NCBI GenBank assembly: GCA_002269645.1
Contig: NIVC01000939.1
Coordinates: 248,001 to 312,000, forward strand
From: Macrostomum lignano
Taxonomy: Eukaryota
DNA length: 64,000 bases
Direction of reading: 5' to 3'
Positions 54,311 to 64,000 of the stretch are shown piece after piece. The translations under genes and the position numbers were made by a program. The stretch's first letter is position 1. Every line of letters begins with the position of its first letter. The notes beneath the pieces were generated by a model that saw only the letters and a list, made by a program, of their open reading frames with translations, did not search any database and was not told the DNA's origin.

Positions 54311-55279
54311 GGCTGCTCGCTCCGTGAGTCCCGACTTCCCCGCCCTGGACTCAGCTTTGAGCTGGAGATGCTTCAGCTCGTGACTTGAGCACAGGTTTGA
54401 GCTCACTGGTCAGACTGAATTGGCTGCTGGCTGAGCCCAATGAGAACTCGCCGCCGGGTCCCAGCGAGTTGTCTCACGCAAGCTCTCCAGTTCTTTCGAG
54501 AATCCGGCGCAAGGCTACAATAATTTTGCGGTAACAAGAAAGACAAAATCGGCCTCAGCGAGTGGCGCAAAGTTGTCTAAGGAAGGATTCGGAGATGTCA
54601 GCAGCTTCAGGCAGTCCATTTCCTGTCCTCTCCATCTGCAGCCGGATCTTTGTTAATTGCGCTTGCATCTCCTTCATAGCCGCAAGAGCCTCTGGATAAG
54701 TTCGGCATGCAATTAGCTTGAAATTGTAACAATGCTCGTCTGCAAGGCATTTTGAGCATGCCTTGCAAATGATTGGGCTAATTATGATGGGGAGTTGCTG
54801 CGCCGGTACACTGTAGAATAATAAGTTGCTGATTACAGGAAAACTCTGCATTTCCAGTTCAATTCTGCATAATTACGAGCTACAGGTATCTGATAACTGC
54901 ACAAGACTGCGTCTGACTGTAAGAGAAAATTAGAGCTTAATTTTCCTCTGCTGCTGGGTTGCATTTTGTACATTTGCATGTACAGCAGTTGTATGTAGTC
55001 ACGGGCCTAGCAAGGCTCCAGTTGCATGAAAAAATGGAAAAAAATTAAAATGAAAAATGACTGGAAAGGGCAGAGCCACTCAGCGGTCCATGACCGAGGG
55101 CCAACCCGCAGGAGGTCCTGGTAGTGCTGGCACGAAATACTCGCACCTTCAAATCGAGCGCGTGCATTTCTTGTCCACTTTGCACTTGGCCTGCTCCGTG
55201 GGCCTCAGTGTAAAGTGTTTTAACCTCACCCTCCCCCTGCGCCCTCCTCTTCTCCAAGCCTTGGCGCTGCCATGTCAAC

Positions 55280-56880
55280 ACCATGGAAAGCGCACGCGCA
55301 CTAACAGCCAGACAGCTCAGAGCAGAGCTGACCAAGCGCGGTCTACCAAAACAGGTTGCAGACAGCAGCTCTACGAACGGCTATGTGCCACCACTTGCAG
55401 TCTGAAGCTCCTGCAGCCGACTCTGACAGTTCCGGCGCGACTCTTGATGCAGGAATCATCGACGACCAGTCAACAGGTGGGCACGGGGGGAAGAAGGGCG
55501 GCTGGCGACCTGGTTGCTCTACGGAACCAGGTCGAAGAGCGCAGGTGCGCATGTGTCGATTGCGGTCAGTCGGCCAGCAAGCGCAGCCGGGCCGACCTGA
55601 TCCGAGACTTTGTCAATCCAAACGCCAATCAGTCAAGCGATAGCCTGACCGCCTGCTTGGAGAACGGCAACTTGGTGTTCAAGAAGCAGCCGCCAAACCT
55701 AAGCAAGATTTCCACCGGCCAATGGATCTCTGGCAATGCTCAAATCCTACAGCGCCTGATCTGGGGCTACCTGCTGTACTCCCAGAAGATCGGCGAAATC
55801 CTGGATGCCAACTACAGCCCAAACGTTGTGTGGGATGTTGACGAAAACTACAGGAAGCTGATGGCCGAGTCGGACCTGCATCAGTGGGGGTGCGAACCCC
55901 CGAAGCTGTACCATCGACACCTGAACGCTCCACGCAATCTGAAGGTCACTTTGAACCAACCCGGTATCTCACAGTCGCAGACGCCAGTTTGCCTGAGTTT
56001 CAACTCACCAGCCGGCTGTCAACGGCCAGCTGCAGGTACCGGCACGTCTGCCTGAGCTTCAACTCACCAGCCGGCTGTCAACGGCCAGCTGCAGGTACCG
56101 GCACGTCTGCCTGAGCTTCAACTCACCAGCCGGCTGTCAACGGCCAGCTGCAGGTACCGGCACGTCTGCCTGAGCTTCAACTCACCAGCCGGCTGTCAAC
56201 GGCCAGCTGCAGGTACCGGCACGTCTGCCTGAGCTTCAACTCACCAGCCGGCTGTCAACGGCCAGCTGCAGGTACCGGCACGTCTGCAAGCTGCCCAGCT
56301 GAGGCAAGCCGCATCGGGTGCTGTCTTCCGACATGAGCCTGGCTTCCTGGAATATTCTGCTCCACGTCGGCCCAGACAAGAGATTCCTCCGAAACGGCCT
56401 TCAAAACGGCTTTGGCGTCATCAACAAGCCTCCGCCTGCCTTCACGCATTCTGCCAACTACAGTTCCGCTACTGACCATGCCGAGCAGGTTGACAAGCAA
56501 CTCTCAGAAGAGCTCCGCTAGCGGACGCGTCATGGTGAATGCTATCGACGCGATCCCCAAGTCTGACAGCAGCGTTCGGATCATTCACGATCTCTCCAGT
56601 CCTTCCGGCTCTTCGGTCAACGACAGCTATGAGCAGGAGCGGAGTTTGAGATTCTCCTCCATGCAGGATCTGCTGCGTCACATCCGGCCCGGCTCGCTTT
56701 TCGGCAAGGTCGATCTGAAGCGGGCCTTCTGTCGGCATCCACCCGGACGATCAGACGCTGACGGGCCTTGGCTGGCGTTTCGCAGCGGACACCGAATCCT
56801 CGGTGCTCATCGACTCGGTGCTCATACTCATCTCAGCCGCCATTCATCGCCACATGCTTAGGCAAGCTATCCGCCACGCC
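55280..56880 (+). mobile_element. Decayed Ngaro/DIRS-like tyrosine-recombinase retrotransposon fragment (gag with SAP and CCCH finger; 5' part of RT)
   Basis: SAP-like QLRAELTKRGL/KTGCRQQLYERL; finger CLSFNSPAGCQRPxCRYRHVC; RT-like IPKSDSSVRIIHDLSSPSGSSVND, KVDLKRAF, HPDDQTLTGLGW. Frameshifts and a stop at 56519-56521. No YR or terminal repeats seen. Confidence 0.72.
55987..56290 (+). repeat. 59-bp tandem repeat x5 of the zinc-finger coding segment
   Basis: Units at 55987, 56046, 56105, 56164 and 56223, with a partial copy at 56282. Confidence 0.95.
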
Positions 56881-57054
56881 TCCGCCACGGTCGCGGGCAC
56901 CGCCACGGTCGCGGGCACCGCCACGGTCGCGGGCACCGCCACGGTCGCGGGCACCGCCACAGCCAGCGTCGGGCGGCAGCGGCGCCGCTGCACTGACGAC
57001 GACGCCGCTGCCAAAGACAAATGCCAGCCAGCTAAGCTGAGCAAAAAGGCAGTT

Positions 57055-57260
57055 TGGAGGCCTGGCGACCTCGTATTCGCATATTGGCAATGTGGGAAAT
57101 TGTGGTGGCCTGCAATGGTGTACCTGCCACAAAACGGAAAAACTGCAACGAGCAACACCCGAGTGCACGAACTCCAGCTTTTCGCCATGCTCTGAACATG
57201 ATGATGAAAGCATCCAAAATGACCAACAAACAGCGCCTGCAGCGTTTTTTAAAGATGTGA
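57055..57260 (+). pseudogene. PWWP-domain fragment (frameshifted/internally deleted)
   Basis: WRPGDLVFAYWQCGKLWWPAMV, then in another frame a helix FRHALNMMMKASKMTNKQRLQRF. Confidence 0.65.
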
Positions 57261-57724
57261 AGAACAAATGACTAAAGACTAACTGATCATCGCTTGTTGC
57301 GTTTTTTGCATACATTTACTTTGTCATACTTTAATGATTCGGCTACTCTATAAAAAGCATTTGCTCGTATTGGGGCACTATTTACACCCCAAATTACATT
57401 TTTGCATGTACTCGTATCAATTTTAATTGCAATTAATTTCTCTATTCCTTTTTTCTACTATTTTTGTATTTTCTATGCATTTAGCGAAATCTGTCTACAA
57501 ATTAATGTCTGTAATATATAATGTAATATATAATGTCTACTTAAATGTATCTTGAAGCAATGTCCATATCCATAGCTAACTACCGTACTATTTTTCAATG
57601 CATAGTTGCTCGTAATAATGACGGATCTGCTACTATTGACAATCATTAAGCAGCAGTTTTAATTAATGTATATGCTTAATTTTATCATTGTGTAGTACTT
57701 TGCATTCCGAATCGTGTATATATA

Positions 57725-58216
<492 letters not shown>

Positions 58217-59390
58217 GACATCCAGGTTCGCCTCCGTCTGCCCCGGATCAGCAGCCACGACAGTCCAGCTCATCATCAGTCAGCGGATCGACTGCAACGC
58301 CACCAACGCCGTCTATGCCGTGTTCTGCCGCCGGTGCGACCACACGGTCTACGTAGGCGAGACCGCCAACAGCATCCGCGGCCGCATGCTGGCGCACATA
58401 GGCGACATCCGGCACGCCCGTGACACTCCGGTGGCCCGCCATTTCACCAGTGATGGCCACAGTCTGGCGGACTTCGCCTTCACCGGCATCTGGTCTCGTG
58501 ACGGCACGGGACCCAGAGCGAACGAGCGGCGGCAGCGCCACGAAGACTCGAACCCCGCACGGCGTCAACGAGCTTGCCGGCACGCTGCACAACCCGGCCA
58601 TCCCGCTGATCCTGCCCCATTGTGCGAGGTCGGACGCCCTGGTGGCCGCGGTGAAGGACCGCGTGGCCCGGTGCTGCGAGGCCCCGGTGCTGCCCGCCTA
58701 CACCAAAGGGCGGAACCTCCGGCAGCTGCTCTGTCCCAGTCGACTGGAGTCCACCACTGATTGAATTTTTAAATTTTTTTTCCTTTTGATTTTTTACTTC
58801 ACTTTCCCTACTACTTACCTTTGTCAGACCGTGCCGGTACCTACCAAGCCTTTTATTGCTCCTTTCTTAGAATTTTTTTATTCTCATCGCTAGCCCAAGC
58901 GCAGCTTTTGTATATTCTCAGCATTTATTCTGCATCAACATTTCTATCGTTTCTTGACGCCCTGCACTTTTTTATTACACTTTTTACTTTTGCTCTTTTG
59001 CTTATCGTACAATTGCTCTTTTTAGTTTTTGAGGGCCTGGTCACTTTTTTTATTTATTGAGGTCCATTTTGTAAAGTGCTTTGAGTCACTCTTTCCCCTT
59101 TTTAGACACCGGTGCAGTTGCACCACTCCATTATTTATTTCGTGTGTAGGATCGCTGCAGCCCACGTGCGGTTCACTTTATTTGTGCACTGTTTTTTATT
59201 TTGCATTTTCAACTCTAATAGTGTTTTATCGACTCACACCAAGTGTACATACCGTACGCTCTCTATCTACCTGTCTACTCTCTCTCCCCTCTAACCCGCC
59301 TATTTAATAACTTTTACAACACCACTTGTCGCTACTTTTCACTTGCCCTGACGAAGAATTAACCTAATTCGAAATATCGGCAACTTAAAT
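58217..59390 (+). mobile_element. Penelope-like element fragment: GIY-YIG endonuclease plus AT-rich 3' region ending in a hammerhead motif
   Basis: CNATNAVYAVFCRRCDHTVYVGETANSIRGRMLAHIGDIRHARDTPVARHFTSDGH; after a frameshift TRTPHGVNE...PAYTKGRNLRQLL. Confidence 0.8.
59343..59383 (+). ncRNA. Minimal type I hammerhead ribozyme (PLE type)
   Basis: UUGCC CUGACGA A GAAUU-AACCU-AAUUC GAAA UAUC GGCAA: stem I 5 bp, stem II 5 bp, palindromic AUAU stem III, predicted cleavage after C59378. Confidence 0.75.
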
Positions 59391-59452
59391 CAACTTGACT
59401 TGTTTGTCCTTTTTACATGTACCGCGTCCGTGCCTGAGATTGGAGGCGCCCT

Positions 59453-60318
<866 letters not shown>

Positions 60319-62324
60319 ACTAGGAAAATGAGAACAAGTTGGGAAGTACAGAGCGCAATATTACCTACTCCAAGTAGGTTGAGTAGTGTTGTGAGCCCCG
60401 TCCTCCGGAGCAACGCCTACAGCTTTAACCTGTCGGGAAGCTGCGACCCCCAGGTCCCCAGTCAGAGCTCCCGTCCCGCGCCCTAGGGAGAAGCAGAAAA
60501 AGGACAGTAACTCGCGAACACGAACTTACACACCGTAGCCGATGCAGTTCGCCGTGCACTTTTTATGGTAGATCGACGAGTCGTTAATAGCCAACGGAGG
60601 CGGACCAACGCGCGCAAGGGAGGAGTCTGCCCTCCAGACAGCGACTATATATTTTTCATTGGTCCTACGCGTACATGAATATAACTTAAGAACAAATGTA
60701 CGGTACAGCAGGGGAGGTGGGGCGGGGTGGCGTGATCGGCGTACGCATTGATTATTGATTGGAGGGGTGGGGCAGACTGGAGGGTTGGGGCGGGGCAGGA
60801 GGGCGAGAAAGGGCACGATTGCACAACAGTAGCCTTGAAACGCTTGGCGAGACTCGCGACTCAATGGGCAAACGAATGCGCCCACCTAAAATGCCGCACT
60901 GTACACTTAACAAAGACCAAATCCGCAGCAAAAGATTCTGGCTGGTCCAGCATCTCCAGAGTGGACGTTGGGAAAACGGCAGGAACATGCGTGCATCGAA
61001 AAACGTAAGAAATGCCAGTTCCATTATCTACTGGCAAATCACAGCACAGTCTGTTTATAAAGAATCCTGTCTGCAAACGGATAAACGGCTACGAGCGTAT
61101 AATGCGCACCAGTAAAGAAATTATGTATAAAATTCAAATACCACTTAATTTAATGTCCTTTATATTCGAGTGTTTAAATTGTTCTCTTGCCTACCGAGGC
61201 TGAGGACAAAATAAACTGTATTAAATGAGTATCTTCTGGCTCGAATAGCCGTTTGGTAACTACACAGCTCATCTGCACTAGCTATTAGCTGAATACTTTT
61301 CAGATTCAGATATAGGAAGCGAACCTCAGCCCGCAATGGGCTCTGCTGTTGGGGCAGATTCTCTCATTGTCTTTCATTATGCATGAGACACGCGTGCACA
61401 GCACAGTAAGGGAGCGCAAAGGGGAGGCTTAGCGGCATACAGTCTGCCCCAGCTGCTGCGCACAGGCCATTGGGACTCTCTATCTCTCTCGGCAGAACAA
61501 TAGATGCAAAGGAATTGTTCTTCCTGCGTTACCATGGCTTCCTTAATAAAACTGGGTCCAGATCCCTCATCCCCCATCCCTAATCCCTCATCCCCCATCC
61601 CTAATCCCCTCATCCCTCATCCCTCATCCCTCATTCTCGCCCGCTGCATGCAGGCCAGGGACTCCTAAAAATAGCATCACTGGACGGGAAGCTCCCCACA
61701 CGCATTTACCTTAGTGTGGCAACCCGTTCCAGCTATTGTGTGAGTAAAAAGGGGCATTTTATCTCTCAGAGAGCTGTTACGAGTCTTTAACACCAACAGC
61801 ATACAAAAGCGATTCTATTTTGGAGCAACATTGCTGCTACTAGCATGATTATTTAGACTTCATAATGAGAATATAAGGCAATAATAGAGAAAAATATTGA
61901 TTTAGAGCCAGGCTCTGAGCAAAGTTGTTTAAGAACAATTGCAATTACATTACATTGGCACCGATTCAGTCCTACTTGCGATGTACAATAGATCTCGTCG
62001 TTGACCAGGGTCACGACCTTCTCCATCTGTCACAGCTGTGGTGCTAGCTCTAGAAGTCCCTGATGCAGGCTTGGCCGCAGAGAGTTACAGGCAGCAGCAC
62101 TGAGGCCATCTGTCTCTACGCCAGTGCCACTGTCGACAGAGGGCCCCCGACAATGAAGCTTGCCTGTCCTTTCAGTCCCAATTCAAGCGCTGAAATTTAC
62201 ACTGCAGGGATAGGAGTTTAGGTAGTTCAAACCTATTTGAGGGAGCCAGCAGGACCTGCGTTATGATCGATCTCATGAGGCAAACAAAAGTTACGGGAAG
62301 AGTTGCTCAAAGGTGAAGGCTCAT

Positions 62325-62595
62325 GGTTGACATTGCTGAGATATCAAGGCTCATGGTTGACATTGCTGAGATATCAAGGCTCATGGTTGACATTGCTGAG
62401 ATATCAAGGCTCATGGTTGACATTGCTGAGATATCAAGGCTCATGGTTGACATTGCTGAGATATCAAGGCTCATGGTTGACATTGCTGAGATATCAAGGC
62501 TCATGGTTGACATTGCTGAGATATCAAGGCTCATGGTTGACATTGCTGAGATATCAAGGCTCATGGTTGACATTGCTGAGATATCAAGGCTCATG
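62325..62595. repeat. 30-bp minisatellite x9 (AAGGCTCATGGTTGACATTGCTGAGATATC)
   Basis: Exact 30-nt period with identical copies. Confidence 0.96.
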
Positions 62596-64000
62596 GGGGG
62601 TTGCCCAGATGCTTTGAGCAAAACCTCATAGAGAATCTGATATCTCAGGCTAAATCGCTGGCTCTCAGGGCGGATGCTTTCTGCTTTAAAAATCATTTCC
62701 CCGAAGAAGTTATCAATGGTAACTGCGTCAGGTCATTACATACAGTTGGTTTATGAAAAAAAATTTTTTCTGTTTTGTTGCCTCGCCAACGAGGGCGGGC
62801 AAAGATTGCTAGAAAGTTGCGAAAAAATCCTTTCCAAGATATATTTTCGGGGCCAATCAAGCTGTGTGGATGAAAACATGTAAGGCAAAGAAGGAGACAA
62901 TAAATTTTACAATTATTGGCAAACTGAGAAGAGGCAAGGCTGGAGTTCGTAAATTTTAACACAAGTGACAAGCAAATATTAATTATCGAAAACTAAAAAT
63001 AAACAAGACAAAAAAGAGAACAGGTGTTCAGAGGATCAGTTAAAACACACGTCGTACTGCCGCACACCATCGATAACAGACGGAATTCACTGCACGCTGT
63101 AGTAACCAAAGTTTAAATGTTTCATTAATTACGCTTTCATCTGTGTTAAAAGTTTTCCCCACAGCAATTAAAAGAACTTTCATTTGAAGAAATTTTTCAA
63201 TAATATCAAAATTCATGTGAGGAAAATCATAAAAAAGCAAAGGTGCGCCTTAATTGGTCTTAATTGACTGGCAGCAGAATTAAGGCTTCATACGTTTGAG
63301 CGTGTGCTCGAGCTCAGCGCATTTTTTGCTTGTAAAGCGACTCAGAAAAGAGGGGGGGTTTCACGAGCACTTGGGTAGCAACCAGTGTAGGTGCAGGTGC
63401 GAACGCCATTGGGAAATTTCCGGACAAGTTGATTCGTCGGATAAGCGCCTGGAAACAGCTGCCGAGTGCAACAGCCAGCAAAAGTTCCTTTCCGGGATAT
63501 ATTTGCAGGGCCAAGCTGTGTGGATGAAAAGATAGAAAGGAAAGGAAGGAGACAATAAATTTTACAGTTACAGTTTCTCGTATTGGCAAACTGAGAAGAG
63601 GCTGGAGTTCAAAAGCCAGTAACTATCTTATATGTTATAGTGCGCCTTAAATGAAATACAAGAACTACAAGATATACGACGTGATCTCAGCAATCGGGGC
63701 AGGCAGTACTGGGGGGCAACGCCTGGCAACTGTCTTCTTCGGGACCACCAACTACGAGCGTACAAGCTGCATGCAAGTTCTGTGTCCTCAATTTGCTGGT
63801 TTTACAGGCAATTCTCAATCCGAGATGCATTGTTTAGTTCATCACATGAAGCGATTTATTCTAAAGAGATGGTGCATTCAAATTTGTTAAAAGTACAATG
63901 AAAATTACAGTGCGGAGCATTGCTTATTTTGTACGAGAATTCTGCTAGTTCAAAACACAACTCTCGCTGTTAAAAAGTGCCCATTTGACTAGATTATAAC

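Noticed and set aside
54555-54851. 98-aa ORF with CKACSKC...HC
   Set aside because: No recognisable family, no supporting splice structure, and an alternative start codon.
62303-62696. MVDIAEISRL x9 ORF
   Set aside because: The 30-bp unit is stop-free in three frames, the copies are identical at the DNA level, and there is no flanking coding context.
63040-63260. Possible pogo/Tigger HTH remnant (VGKTFNTDESVINETFKLW) near TAAGGCGCAC-like words
   Set aside because: The resemblance is too short to support; no DDE domain or TIR pair was found.

Overview
Eukaryotic (animal) genomic DNA with spliced, GC3-rich genes and introns full of micro- and minisatellites. The style suggests a free-living flatworm such as Macrostomum; this is an inference and was not tested. 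Genes reconstructed by hand from splice sites and reading phase, in order: SMAD4 (+); a head-to-head pair of DEG/ENaC channels (-/+) sharing about 1.1 kb that holds three RFX X-box-like motifs; a double C-type-lectin/mucin surface protein (+); an ankyrin-repeat TRPM-like channel (-); MEX3 without a RING finger (-); mitochondrial ribosome recycling factor (+); an RTP/3CxxC zinc-domain protein (-); a candidate 45-aa secreted peptide (-); an aminergic GPCR (-); and a bestrophin (-) whose exon 1 is broken by tandem duplication of its own exon end. Mobile DNA comprises a hAT-type MITE with an 8-bp TSD, a decayed Ngaro/DIRS-like retroelement running into a PWWP domain, a Penelope-like GIY-YIG fragment, and two minimal hammerhead-ribozyme motifs. 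The strongest leads are the ANK-for-MHR1/2 TRPM chimera, the X-box-flanked ENaC pair in which one partner lacks the HG gating motif, intronic arrays built from splice-signal units, and two genes whose start Met may come from a spliced leader. Most long ORFs in the supplied track are repeat artefacts. All family assignments come from motif recognition by eye; no database search was run.
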